In this document: positions 24,656 to 34,719 of the stretch, in pieces
Position numbering within the stretch: the first letter of the stretch is position 1
Layout of the letters: every line of letters starts with the position of its first letter
Virus record (IMG/VR): IMGVR_UViG_3300028146_000004
Coordinates: 1 to 52,226 of that record
Reading direction: 5' to 3' (one strand)
DNA length: 52,226 bases
Source of the DNA: a virus
Taxonomy: Duplodnaviria > Caudoviricetes
Translations under genes and position numbers: made by a program
Notes under the pieces: generated by a model
The model's input: the letters and a program-made list of their open reading frames with translations, nothing else
Told to the model about the DNA's origin: nothing
The model's database searches: none

Positions 24656-26914
24656 GTGAGTATGACAGAACCGGCCTCGCCAGAGGAACGTAGGGCGAAA
24701 CAAGATACGTTCTTCAAGATGCTGTTTGGTTTGTCGGAAGGCTTTATTTGTGTGTCCCACAAAAATGCGGCGTCTGGCAAGTGGTCGGAAGAATTCTTCA
24801 AGTATCCTGAAGAGCTGTCACGCATGCTCGATCATGTCGACAGAGTATGTCAGCAGGGCAACACATACTTCTGTCCGCAGCTCCTCAAGTCGAAGAACAG
24901 ACCTCCGGGCGCTAAGAGCGCGAGAACCAAAGACAACGTAGAGACGTGCACAGCTGTCTGGGCGGACCTAGACGGTTGTGCACCTGAGAAGTGCCTTGTG
25001 CCACCCTCGCTGACAATCGAAACGAGCCCCAAACGGTTTCAGGCCCTGTGGGTGTTGAAGGGCACATTGCCGCCAGATGAAGCGGAACAGATCAGCAAGA
25101 ACATCGCATACCACCACGTTGCTGATGGCGCAGACACAGGCGGTTGGGACCTAACACAGCTACTCAGGGTTCCTAATACGTACAACTTCAAGTACTCGAC
25201 GCCAGCAGATGTTCGTCTCATTAAGGTTCTGCGTACGGCCTACGGAGTCGAGGAATTCGATGGGTACGCAGAGTCAAGGATCAACAGCAAGACACATGAC
25301 CCGATGCCGCAAGTCCTGCCGACAGACAGCAGCTACGACGTCATGCAGAAGTACCGTAAGTCGCTCAACCCAGTATGCTTCAGCATCCACGGCACAGCAC
25401 CTGAGCCAGATGCTGACTGGAGCAAGGCGCTTTGGCAGCTTGAGATGCTGTGCTTCGAGGCTGGCATGTCGAGGGAAGAAGTGTTCGTTGTCGCGTCAGA
25501 TGCTAAGTGCAACAAGTATCGGCGCGACAACAAGCAGCCCAGGTTGCTCTGGGAAGAGGTTTGCAAGGCGTACATACTCTCAATTGAAAAGCTCAACATA
25601 CTCGTCCCGGAAACTGAAAAGCTTTCGCCACTCATCAACCAGGCAGAGCTGGACCAGATTGCAGGTCGTGATACGTTTGTCGAGCGGTACATTAGGTGGG
25701 CGAGCGGTCTTGGCGATGCAGCTCCTCAGTACCACCAAGCAGGCGCATTCATCATCCTTAGCGCCCTACTAGCTGGTACGATTCGTCTACCTACATCGTT
25801 CGGAACGATCATGCCGAACCTCTGGTTCATGATCCTAGCCGACACGACGTTGACACGTAAGTCGACGGCAATGGATGTTGCAGTGGATCTGTTGGAGGAA
25901 GTCGATCCAGACGTCCTCCTCGCCACAGACGGTTCAGTAGAAGGTCTCCTGCAGTCATTGGAGATTCGGCCTGGAAAGCCTTCGTTGTTCTTGCGAGACG
26001 AGTTCTCAGGACTTGTCGATGCAATGACAAGGAAGGACTACTATGCCGGCATGGCTGAGTCGCTAACCAAACTGTATGACGGTAAAACGACGAAGCGCGT
26101 ACTGAAGCGAGAGACGGTAACTGTTCGAGAACCTTGTCTGCTCATCTTCGGTGGAGGTATCAAGACGCGTGTACAGAGCCTACTGACGCTCGAGCATGTA
26201 GCATCAGGCTTCGTACCACGTTTCATCTTCATCACGGCTGAGTCGGATGTGACACGGCTACAGCCTCTTGGTCCGCCGACTATGGAGAACATGGACGGCA
26301 GAGACGAACTGCTGCAGGAGCTGCATGAGCTACGGAGCAGATACGTACAGGATCAAGAGATCATCGTCAAAGGCAAGCTGGTAGGCGTCAACCCATCTAG
26401 GTGGGGAGCGTTGCTAACTCCAGAAGCCTGGCAGCGTTACAACCAGCTCGAAGCAACGCTGCTGTATGCAGGCGTCAATAGTGATCAGCCAGACATTATG
26501 ACACCTGTATATGACCGTCTTGCAAAGTCCATACTCAAGGCGTCAGTGCTAATTGCGGCTACTCGAGACCAAGGCGAAGACATCATCGTCGAGCTCGAAG
26601 ACCTCCTCGTGGCGATTAAGTACGGAGAGGGTTGGAGAGCTTATGGAATGGAGATCGTCAACGGCATTGGACGTAGCGCCAACGAGATTCTACTCCAACG
26701 CATCTTCAAAACGATCAAACGTCATCCAGGCATTCCTCGTTCACAGCTGATGCAGTGGTACCATCTCGATGCAAGAAGTGCCGAGATCATATTCATGACG
26801 CTTGAGCAACGTGGATTGATCATGGCAACTAGAATGGGCCGAACATGGGTGTACGAAGCAGTAGGAAGGGTAATAGCAAGTGAGCGGAAAGAAGAAAGCG
26901 GTAGCGATCGTTAG
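24656..26914 (+). CDS. Primase-helicase: RepB-like AEP primase fused to a DUF3987-like P-loop domain
   Basis: WADLD, ETSP--FQALW, LLRVP-TYNFK; RKSTA, RDEF and SGFVPRF. Confidence 0.85.
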   Translation: MSMTEPASPEERRAKQDTFFKMLFGLSEGFICVSHKNAASGKWSEEFFKYPEELSRMLDHVDRVCQQGNTYFCPQLLKSKNRPPGAKSARTKDNVETCTAVWADLDGCAPEKCLVPPSLTIETSPKRFQALWVLKGTLPPDEAEQISKNIAYHHVADGADTGGWDLTQLLRVPNTYNFKYSTPADVRLIKVLRTAYGVEEFDGYAESRINSKTHDPMPQVLPTDSSYDVMQKYRKSLNPVCFSIHGTAPEPDADWSKALWQLEMLCFEAGMSREEVFVVASDAKCNKYRRDNKQPRLLWEEVCKAYILSIEKLNILVPETEKLSPLINQAELDQIAGRDTFVERYIRWASGLGDAAPQYHQAGAFIILSALLAGTIRLPTSFGTIMPNLWFMILADTTLTRKSTAMDVAVDLLEEVDPDVLLATDGSVEGLLQSLEIRPGKPSLFLRDEFSGLVDAMTRKDYYAGMAESLTKLYDGKTTKRVLKRETVTVREPCLLIFGGGIKTRVQSLLTLEHVASGFVPRFIFITAESDVTRLQPLGPPTMENMDGRDELLQELHELRSRYVQDQEIIVKGKLVGVNPSRWGALLTPEAWQRYNQLEATLLYAGVNSDQPDIMTPVYDRLAKSILKASVLIAATRDQGEDIIVELEDLLVAIKYGEGWRAYGMEIVNGIGRSANEILLQRIFKTIKRHPGIPRSQLMQWYHLDARSAEIIFMTLEQRGLIMATRMGRTWVYEAVGRVIASERKEESGSDR

Positions 26915-27677
26915 TGGCGGTCTCGACTCGACGACCTTGGCCTACGATCTCCGTCATACTGGGTACGACGTCGACTTGCTGTCGTTCAACTACGGACAGC
27001 GGCACAAGAAGGAGCTGCAGTTCGCCGCGGCAATCGCCAAGCGGTTCGGCCTGCGACACGACATCATCAACCTGCAACAGCTCAGTAGCATGTTCGCCGA
27101 GAGCGGCTCGTCACTCGTCTCCGACAGCGAGGTGCCGGAGGGTCACTACGCCGAGGACAACATGAAGTCGACGGTCGTACCAAACCGCAACATGATCATG
27201 CTCTCGATCGCAACCGGCATCGCGATCTCACGTGGCGCTGCATGTATAGCAGCAGGCATGCACGCCGGCGACCACTTCATCTACCCGGACTGCCGGCCCG
27301 AGTTCATCAACATCGTCAACGCGGCCATCATGGTCGGCAATGAGGGCTTCCACAGCTTCGACGGCCTACCGATCTTCACTCCCTACATCCACTGGACGAA
27401 GGCCGACATCGCCTTCCGTGCGATGCAGCTCGGCGTGCCTTTCCACATGACGTGGAGCTGTTACAAGGGCGGCGAGAACCACTGTGGTCGTTGCGGTACC
27501 TGCGTTGAGCGGCTCGAGGCCATCTACACTGCAGGCAAGATCTTCGGAGCGCACGGCGACTTCATTCCGCCGGACAACACCGCCTACGACGACAACGAGT
27601 ACTGGAAGGTCGTCATCGCCAAGAAGAAGGCGGAAGACGACGAAGCTCCATTCGACGATCACTCTGAACTGTACTAG
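26880..27677 (+). CDS. queC: 7-cyano-7-deazaguanine (preQ0) synthase
   Basis: SGGLDS, YGQRH, VPNRN, YPDCR and SCY...HCGRCGTC. Confidence 0.96.
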   Translation: MSGKKKAVAIVSGGLDSTTLAYDLRHTGYDVDLLSFNYGQRHKKELQFAAAIAKRFGLRHDIINLQQLSSMFAESGSSLVSDSEVPEGHYAEDNMKSTVVPNRNMIMLSIATGIAISRGAACIAAGMHAGDHFIYPDCRPEFINIVNAAIMVGNEGFHSFDGLPIFTPYIHWTKADIAFRAMQLGVPFHMTWSCYKGGENHCGRCGTCVERLEAIYTAGKIFGAHGDFIPPDNTAYDDNEYWKVVIAKKKAEDDEAPFDDHSELY

Positions 27678-27686
27678 GAGACCAAG

Positions 27687-28010
27687 ATGCCTGAATTCGC
27701 CGAAGCGCCAACTGAGCCAATCAAGTACAACCTGCTCGTCTACGGTGGCCAGGACCGCACCGAGCCCTTGATGAGTCTCACCACGTGGGACGGTTACGAC
27801 ATCAAGGGCGACTGGATCTGCACCTACGGCAACGGCTTGATGATCTCGTTCAAGCTTCCTCCCGAGGCCGACTACATCACCATCTCGGAAATCAAGCCCG
27901 ACCCACTCACCGACCCCATCGGGAGCGTCGACGCGTTGCTCGAGACGACGCAGCCACACGACACCGCGGCTGCAGCTGCGGAGGTGATTCCAGATGAGTC
28001 AGCCGAATAA
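27687..28010 (+). CDS. Acidic hypothetical protein within the Que cluster
   Basis: AGGAG RBS; overlaps queD. Confidence 0.65.
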   Translation: MPEFAEAPTEPIKYNLLVYGGQDRTEPLMSLTTWDGYDIKGDWICTYGNGLMISFKLPPEADYITISEIKPDPLTDPIGSVDALLETTQPHDTAAAAAEVIPDESAE

Positions 28011-28464
28011 CATCGGGACGATCTTCGTCAAGCACAATGCGGAGATCGCTCACCGACTGTCACTGCTCGAGGGCAAGTGCCAACGCATTCACGGGCACTC
28101 GTTCCACATCAAGCTGACGGTCCATGGCATCATGGATGCTCAAGGCATCTGTGCTAGCATCGACTTCGGCAGCCTCAAGAAGCTATTCCGAGGCTACATC
28201 GACTACGAGTGGGATCACCATCTCCACCTGAACGCGGACGATCCGTGGGCCCAAGCCTTCCAACTGCACGACACTATTAATGGTCACAGGCTGCCTGGAC
28301 TCATCACACACCCTGCAGATCCTACGACTGAGAACGTCGCTCGGTGGATCTGCGAGCGCATGTGGAAGGAGCTGAGCTCCTTCTCAGCTGTCAAGGCGAT
28401 CTCGATCGAGATCGAGGAGACTTCCACTAACGGGGCGAAGTGGGTGTGTGCACGTGAAGACTGA
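27994..28464 (+). CDS. queD: 6-carboxytetrahydropterin synthase
   Basis: AHRL...KCQRIHGHS, IDFG, DH--LN, PTTEN and EET. Confidence 0.94.
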   Translation: MSQPNNIGTIFVKHNAEIAHRLSLLEGKCQRIHGHSFHIKLTVHGIMDAQGICASIDFGSLKKLFRGYIDYEWDHHLHLNADDPWAQAFQLHDTINGHRLPGLITHPADPTTENVARWICERMWKELSSFSAVKAISIEIEETSTNGAKWVCARED

Positions 28465-28633
28465 GGTGTGCAGGCCTGAGCGGCCTGTAACCATCACACT
28501 CATATTCGAGAAGGCAGTAGAAGCTCGAGACCTTCTTGAAGAGCTCAAGACGTGGAAGCCGACGCTGGGCTGGTCGCCACTCGTAGCAGACCTCTTCGAC
28601 GCGCTGAAGGAGGCAGCTGACGATGAAGGTTAG
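28448..28633 (+). CDS. Hypothetical protein
   Basis: Bridges queD and queE with overlaps. Confidence 0.5.
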   Translation: MHVKTEVCRPERPVTITLIFEKAVEARDLLEELKTWKPTLGWSPLVADLFDALKEAADDEG

Positions 28634-29375
28634 CCAGATCTTCGGTCCAACCATTCAAGGCGAAGGTTCGGCGGCAGGTCGCCACTGCCTCTTCGTACGT
28701 ATGTACGACTGCAACCTTCACTGCAAGTGGTGTGACACGGCCTACACCTGGGCGAATACTTCAGGCAAGGCTGCTCTCACCATCGCCAACAAGGTCTTCG
28801 ACAAGGACGATCCCCATCTCGGCCTCAAGGAGATGTCACTCGATGACGTCCTCGGCGAACTTCACGCCCTGTGGGATTACATGAAGACACCGACCATCGT
28901 CGTCTTCTCCGGCGGCGAGCCGATGATGCAGCAGGTCGAGTTGACCGAAGTCGGTCGAGCTCTTCGCAACTGGAACAACGATGTACACGTCGAGACAGCT
29001 GGCACACTTCATCCTCGGTTTGACTTCGACTACATCGTCACGCAGTACAACGTCTCTCCCAAGCTCGCGCACAGCGGCAACCGGCCTGAGCATCGGTACA
29101 AGCCGCACGTGCTCCGAGCCTTGAGCAACACCGGCAAGGCTTGGTTCAAGTTCGTCGTCACCTCCGATACTTCGGACGACGACTTCAAGGAGATCGACTC
29201 CATCGTCAAGGAGTGCCAGATCCCAATCCATCGCGTCATGGTGATGCCTGAGGGCATTACTCAGGAGCACATCATCGACACGGGAAGGAAGATCGTCGAT
29301 CAGGCCTTGAGCCGCGGCTATGGTCTCTCCTTCCGAAGCCACATCGCCCTCTGGCCCAACGACCCCGACAAGTAG
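28623..29375 (+). CDS. queE: 7-carboxy-7-deazaguanine synthase (radical SAM)
   Basis: TIQGEG, CNLHCKWCDT, SGGEP, ETAG and VSPK. Confidence 0.95.
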   Translation: MKVSQIFGPTIQGEGSAAGRHCLFVRMYDCNLHCKWCDTAYTWANTSGKAALTIANKVFDKDDPHLGLKEMSLDDVLGELHALWDYMKTPTIVVFSGGEPMMQQVELTEVGRALRNWNNDVHVETAGTLHPRFDFDYIVTQYNVSPKLAHSGNRPEHRYKPHVLRALSNTGKAWFKFVVTSDTSDDDFKEIDSIVKECQIPIHRVMVMPEGITQEHIIDTGRKIVDQALSRGYGLSFRSHIALWPNDPDK

Positions 29376-29380
29376 GAACC

Positions 29381-29791
29381 ATGAGACAAGATCAGGTAGC
29401 AATGCTCAACGCCGCACGCCGAGGGACAACATTCCCTTCGGTAGCATCGCAGCACAAGATGGAGTCGATCCATCCTACTCAGACGGTCCCAGACGAGGGG
29501 AAGGACAAGCCGCAAGTCGTTCCGAACCGTACGATGCGACGCCGCAGTCGCAAGAGCAAGAAGAACTGGACGTCCAACCCCTACGGCAGGGTCACTGGCT
29601 TGAAGAGTCCGCAGCCACAAGCTTCGCTCTTCACACTCGTAGCCATTCACGTTAGGGACGAAGCCGGCAAGGTCGTTCGCAAGTTCGTCGTACCACGAGA
29701 GAACGTCGACCAGGCGATGCTGGCCAAGTCTCGTTCGGAGCAGAAGGCTGACCTTAAGCCTCGAGTTCACAGAGTCAAAGGCGTAGCATGA
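29381..29791 (+). CDS. Basic hypothetical protein
   Basis: AGGA RBS; overlaps the folE ORF start. Confidence 0.5.
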   Translation: MRQDQVAMLNAARRGTTFPSVASQHKMESIHPTQTVPDEGKDKPQVVPNRTMRRRSRKSKKNWTSNPYGRVTGLKSPQPQASLFTLVAIHVRDEAGKVVRKFVVPRENVDQAMLAKSRSEQKADLKPRVHRVKGVA

Positions 29792-30513
29792 GTTTCAACC
29801 ACACGCATAAGGGTGTTCCGTGTCAGAACATCTACTGCGCACTTCCGCGAGACACCGGTGTTGGATCTAACGCCGCTACCGAGAAGGAACTCGTCGAGAT
29901 GCCTCGAGCAGAGTTCGAGCGTCATGAAGGGAAGCGCATGAGCAAATTCAACGCGAGTGAGGTCGAGCTGCGCCAAGCGGCCGAGCAGGTTCTGCGAGGC
30001 ACGACCGGCTTGGACACCGACAGTGAGCACGGACGGCACACGCCAGATCGCTTCATCAAGATGTTGCGCGAGCTCACTACGCCAACTCCGATCGAGTTCA
30101 CCACGTTCAAGAACGACGGCATGGACGAGATGATCGTCGTCGAGGCCATCCCGTTCGTCTCGCTCTGCAACCATCACGTCGTTCCCTTCATCGGGAAGGC
30201 GTACATCGGCTACATCCCGGACGACCAAATCGCTGGCCTGAGCAAGTTCGCTCGGGTCGTCCATCACTTCGCTCGGCGTCTGCAAGTGCAGGAGCAGCTC
30301 ACGAAGGACATTGCGGACTTCCTGGAAGAGAACCTCAAACCTCTTGGCGTCGCAGTCGTCCTTCGTGCAGAGCACTTCTGCATGACCATCCGAGGCGTGC
30401 AGGTTCCCGGCACAAAGACGTACACGGCGGCCATGCGCGGCCGCTTCTCGGAACACGAGCGTACTGCCAAGGCCGAGTTCCTGGCCGAGATCAACGGAGG
30501 CAATCATGGCTGA
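29788..30513 (+). CDS. folE: GTP cyclohydrolase I; true start may be 29899 or 29938
   Basis: TP-R, SLCNHHVVPF, GLSKFAR, RLQVQE and HFCMTIRG. Confidence 0.95.
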   Translation: MSFNHTHKGVPCQNIYCALPRDTGVGSNAATEKELVEMPRAEFERHEGKRMSKFNASEVELRQAAEQVLRGTTGLDTDSEHGRHTPDRFIKMLRELTTPTPIEFTTFKNDGMDEMIVVEAIPFVSLCNHHVVPFIGKAYIGYIPDDQIAGLSKFARVVHHFARRLQVQEQLTKDIADFLEENLKPLGVAVVLRAEHFCMTIRGVQVPGTKTYTAAMRGRFSEHERTAKAEFLAEINGGNHG

Positions 30514-30817
30514 CGTCCCCGACGGCGAGAACATTGCTCAGACTGTCTTCGACTTGAGCAGCGAGTTCGACGTTCGCTGCGAAGAGCGCCACGCACTCGG
30601 TCAGGAGAAGTACGGCGCCGGAGCTTTCCTCATGGCCGACACGATGGAGATGGCTCTCGAAGAGATCCTCGACCTCGCCAACTACGCTCGCTACACCTAC
30701 ATCAGGGTCCGCCTCTTGCAGGAGAGCATCAGGGCCCAGGTAGCAGCGAACCAACAGCCGTCTGCACAGCAAGGCTTCATCTCGAACAAGGAAGTACACG
30801 GAGGAGGACAGAGTTGA
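30506..30817 (+). CDS. All-alpha (MazG-superfamily) dNTP pyrophosphatase-like protein
   Basis: R--LG-EKYG...EEILDLANY motif. Confidence 0.6.
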   Translation: MADVPDGENIAQTVFDLSSEFDVRCEERHALGQEKYGAGAFLMADTMEMALEEILDLANYARYTYIRVRLLQESIRAQVAANQQPSAQQGFISNKEVHGGGQS

Positions 30818-31569
30818 GGGCTGCACTGATTCCGCCGATGGGAGCTGAGTACTCCGCACTCAGCTCCGACATTCACCTTGTCCTGCCACTCAAGGAGTGT
30901 CGAGACAATCCCGACTACCTCGCAGCGTACCGTCACGCATGGCGTCGAGGTGACTACCTCATCCTCGACAACGGCTGCGCCGAAGGCAAGATCGTCGACA
31001 ATCGAGTACTAATCCAATTCGCGAGAACGATTAACGCTCACGAGGTCGTAGCGCCTGATGTGATGGGCGACGGACCTCTTACACTTCGTCGTACGGTCGA
31101 GTTCGTTCGGTACGTACCCGAAGCTCGTAACTACTCGATCATGGGTGTTCTTCAAGGTGAGAACATCCAACAAGTCCTACGACTCGCTGAGGCATTTGCT
31201 CAGCTACCCACCATCACTGCAGTTGGCATTCCGAAGATTCTCGTGTCAACAATTGACCATGAGGTACGCGCTCGCGTAGCAGCGAACATCCTCAAGGTCT
31301 ACGGCAACCGCTTCGAGATCCACCTGCTCGGTCTCAATAGAGACTTCCAGACAGAAATGCTGGACGTTACGTTCCCTCCTGAGATCCGATCGATGGACTC
31401 AGCGCAACCGTACAAGTTCACCGAAGCTGGCATCGCCATGACGGCCGTCAACGTAACAGGCCGTGGCGAGCTAACAAGGCGTCGGCACGACTACTTCAAA
31501 GCGCCACGCAAGTACGACGCCGGCCTACTAGCTTCGAACATCGAGACGTTTATGAGTTGGTGCCGATGA
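30814..31569 (+). CDS. TGT-fold guanine transglycosylase, DpdA-like
   Basis: LDNG, PDV, VLQG, HLLG and SMDS match the order of TGT active-site motifs; next to folE/que genes. Confidence 0.7.
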   Translation: MRAALIPPMGAEYSALSSDIHLVLPLKECRDNPDYLAAYRHAWRRGDYLILDNGCAEGKIVDNRVLIQFARTINAHEVVAPDVMGDGPLTLRRTVEFVRYVPEARNYSIMGVLQGENIQQVLRLAEAFAQLPTITAVGIPKILVSTIDHEVRARVAANILKVYGNRFEIHLLGLNRDFQTEMLDVTFPPEIRSMDSAQPYKFTEAGIAMTAVNVTGRGELTRRRHDYFKAPRKYDAGLLASNIETFMSWCR

Positions 31570-33971
31570 AGGCTGAAGCGTCCGGCGCTGACTGTCAGCA
31601 CTGCCCGCTGCGAGACGCCGGGTATGCCCCAACCAAACGCCCACAGGGAGGGCGGCCTCTTTCCAATGGCGAACGAAAGATAGTAATCGTTGGAGAAGCT
31701 CCAGGGTTCGTTGAGACGCAATTCGGTTCGCCCTTCTCGGGACCCTCAGGCAAGCTCCTCAACACCGTACTCAAGTACCAAGGCATCGAACGCAAGGAAG
31801 TGATGCTGACCAATGCATGCCTATGTAGGCCTCCGGATAACGCTACTCCTCCTAAAGCGGCGGTGGTTGCGTGTAAGACTCGTCTCGCGAACGAGATCCG
31901 ACAATTCGCAGGCGATGACGCAGTCGACGTTATTGCTCTTGGCGGGACCGCGGGAACGCTACTGGTGGACGATCCGGGGACAATTACCACGCTACGTGTC
32001 GGTCCTCCAAGGAAGCCCGCCGCGTGGCTTGCGCGTAGCTGGGGAGATGCTTCTGTACAACCTGATGTGCGAGTTATCCCTACCTGGCACCCCGCGTACT
32101 GTCTCCGTAACGCTGACGCGTTCCCGTCCCTCGTTAGCGACATTGGTAAGGTAAGGGAGACCAGCCGTGAGCCTTGGCGTGAACCTGAGTGGAGAATATT
32201 TGACGATCCGGATCGAGCGGTTGCCGTCATCGCTGAGCTGGAGCGAATTGAAGGCCCTCTCGTCATCGACATTGAAGTCGGTTTTGACAAGGACGAGGCC
32301 TTCGACCATCCGAACAACTATTCTCTTCTCTGCGTGGGAATTGCTTTTGCAAGAGGACAGGCAGTGGTTCTGGGTGAGCGTGCACTTGCCGACGACGACG
32401 TGGTCGATGGACTGCGGCGACTCCTACGAAGCCACCGACTCATCGGACACAACGGCAAGTTTGACCTTGCCGGACTTTGGCCAAAGCTCGGAAGCCTCGA
32501 ACTCTGGTTCGACACCATGCTCGCCAGCTATGTCCTCGATGAGCGGCCTGGCCAGCACGGTCTTAAAGTTCTTGCCGTCGAGAAACTAGGAGCTCCGAAG
32601 TACGATGAGGAAATTCGAAAGTACGTGCCTCGCCGAGGAAATTATGGAGATATTCCTCGGCCAATCCTCTACCGGTATAACGCGTACGACGTTGCATGCA
32701 CATGGGAGTTGTACGAGCTGTTCACTGAAAGCATGCATCGACAAGGGCTCCGGGGAGTCCATGACTTTTTGGTCAAAGCAGCCAACCAGCTCATGTACCT
32801 CGAGCTCAATGGGATTGCAATTGACAGAGAGTATATGCGCCGACTCGAGTCCGAATACCTCGAACGGCTCAACGAGATCGAGGTGGAACTGGACCAGATT
32901 GTTAAGGAGTCGACAGGTCATCTAGACGACGGTCCAATGCAGCACATCAACCCGCGTTCACCGGCGCAGGTGAAACTCTACCTGGAGACACAAGGTGTTA
33001 ACGTTCAGTCTACGAACCAGGAAACACTCGAGTTCCTGCTCGAGCGACTGCCTAAGGGGAGTGCCAAACAGCGTTTTGTATCAGTTCTTCTTCGGTACAG
33101 ACGCCAACACAAGCTCTACAGTACATACATCGTTGGAATCCGCAAACGGCTTTACCGCGGACGTATTTACACTACTTACCTTCTCCACGGAACGACAAGC
33201 GGCCGACTGGCAAGTCGGAATCCGAATCTGCAGAACATTGTTCGTGATAAGGAGATCCGACGGCAGTTTGGTGTCACACACCCTGACCACGTACTGATCC
33301 AGTGCGACTACAAACAGGCCGAGGCTCGCGTCATGGCTACGCTCTCTCAGGATGAATACCTAAGAGAGATCCTAAGCCGTAACGAGGAGGGCTACGACTT
33401 CTTCAACGAGCTATCCGATCAGCTATACGGAGTTGGTCAATGGGGTAAAGAGGAGCGCATCAGGACGAAGGCGTTCTTCTACGGCATCGGCTACGGCCGA
33501 GAAGCGTACTCGATCGGGCTCGAGTACGGCCTTGACCCTCGTGAAGCGCAACGACGATACGACGAGTTCGTCGGGCTCATCCCGAACGTTGTCAAATGGC
33601 AAGAGGCTATACGTAGCCAAGTTCTGAGGGGAGAACCTCTTGTCTCACCCTTCGGACGACGCAGACGGTTCTGGCTCATCACCGACCAGAACAAAAAAGA
33701 TGTCCTTAACGAAGCGTTGTCCTATCTGCCGCAATCAACTGCAAGTGACATCTGCCTATCCGCTCTTATTCGCGTGCGACCCTTGCTACGTGGTTTGGGT
33801 TTCCTTCGACTCACAATTCACGATGCTCTCGTTGTTGAGTGTCATGGAGACCGTACCGAGGAAGTGGGACAGCTACTTAGTACGACCATGGCAGCCGAAG
33901 GTCGACACTTTACCGACTATGTTCCTTTCCCAGTAGACATCAGCATCGGCAAGAGTTGGGGAGATCTGTGA
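31566..33971 (+). CDS. Family A DNA polymerase with an N-terminal family-4 uracil-DNA-glycosylase domain and a 3'-5' exonuclease
   Basis: CxxCPL, GEAPG, TN-CLCRP, HPAY; DIE, HNGKFD, YNAYD; DYKQAE, R---K---YG, IHD. Confidence 0.92.
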   Translation: MKAEASGADCQHCPLRDAGYAPTKRPQGGRPLSNGERKIVIVGEAPGFVETQFGSPFSGPSGKLLNTVLKYQGIERKEVMLTNACLCRPPDNATPPKAAVVACKTRLANEIRQFAGDDAVDVIALGGTAGTLLVDDPGTITTLRVGPPRKPAAWLARSWGDASVQPDVRVIPTWHPAYCLRNADAFPSLVSDIGKVRETSREPWREPEWRIFDDPDRAVAVIAELERIEGPLVIDIEVGFDKDEAFDHPNNYSLLCVGIAFARGQAVVLGERALADDDVVDGLRRLLRSHRLIGHNGKFDLAGLWPKLGSLELWFDTMLASYVLDERPGQHGLKVLAVEKLGAPKYDEEIRKYVPRRGNYGDIPRPILYRYNAYDVACTWELYELFTESMHRQGLRGVHDFLVKAANQLMYLELNGIAIDREYMRRLESEYLERLNEIEVELDQIVKESTGHLDDGPMQHINPRSPAQVKLYLETQGVNVQSTNQETLEFLLERLPKGSAKQRFVSVLLRYRRQHKLYSTYIVGIRKRLYRGRIYTTYLLHGTTSGRLASRNPNLQNIVRDKEIRRQFGVTHPDHVLIQCDYKQAEARVMATLSQDEYLREILSRNEEGYDFFNELSDQLYGVGQWGKEERIRTKAFFYGIGYGREAYSIGLEYGLDPREAQRRYDEFVGLIPNVVKWQEAIRSQVLRGEPLVSPFGRRRRFWLITDQNKKDVLNEALSYLPQSTASDICLSALIRVRPLLRGLGFLRLTIHDALVVECHGDRTEEVGQLLSTTMAAEGRHFTDYVPFPVDISIGKSWGDL

Positions 33972-34321
33972 GCTACTCAGCGCAAGTTGACTATTGGTTC
34001 GATGAGACTCAGCTCGCCATTGGTAAGTGGTCTCGACACAACTTTCCCAGCTCCGACATCGTCATGTCCACGTTGGGCATCGCTGAAGAAGTCGGCGAAC
34101 TCTGTCGGGCAGTGCTCAAGCGTGCTCAAGCCGTCCGTGGAACTCGTGCTGAGTGGACTATCGAGATGCGCAAGGAGATGGGTGATGTTCTCATCAAGCT
34201 GTTCCAGATCGCTGACCTAGAAGATGTCGACCTGCTTGACATCTTCCGACGTCGTTGGAGCGAAGTACAGCAACGCGACTTCCAGAAGGATCAGATCGGA
34301 CACGGACTACCTAAGGAGTGA
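33968..34321 (+). CDS. MazG-like nucleotide pyrophosphohydrolase
   Basis: EEVGEL...EMGDV motif. Confidence 0.85.
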   Translation: MSYSAQVDYWFDETQLAIGKWSRHNFPSSDIVMSTLGIAEEVGELCRAVLKRAQAVRGTRAEWTIEMRKEMGDVLIKLFQIADLEDVDLLDIFRRRWSEVQQRDFQKDQIGHGLPKE

Positions 34322-34398
34322 CCTGTAATGGTACTTCTGCTTAAGGCCCTGAACAAGGTCATGGACGGTATCATCCACATACTGAAGGAGGTAAAGGA

Positions 34399-34719
34399 GT
34401 GGCTAGGGGCATAGCTGCAAACGTCGGCGATGAACGAGTTTCCAAGAACGGCTACCTGTACCGGAAGACCGAATACGGCTGGGAGCTCGTTCATCGCATC
34501 ATGGCTGAGACCAAGCTCGGCCGCAAGCTTCACGACAACGAGTACGCAACGTTCGGCGACGGCGATCGAACGAACCTCGATCCGAAGAACATCGTCGTCA
34601 GGGTTCGAGGACGTGCATCCATCCGTCGTCGCCTTGCAGCACTTGACGCCCGCATCGCTGAGATGACCGATGCACGCGTGAAGCTCGAACAGAGACTGGA
34701 GACGCAGGAGTCCCTCTGA
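34399..34719 (+). CDS. HNH-like protein with a degenerate active site
   Basis: GY...VHR--AE-KLGRKL---E...DGDRTN----NI; the expected His is not seen. Confidence 0.65.
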   Translation: MARGIAANVGDERVSKNGYLYRKTEYGWELVHRIMAETKLGRKLHDNEYATFGDGDRTNLDPKNIVVRVRGRASIRRRLAALDARIAEMTDARVKLEQRLETQESL

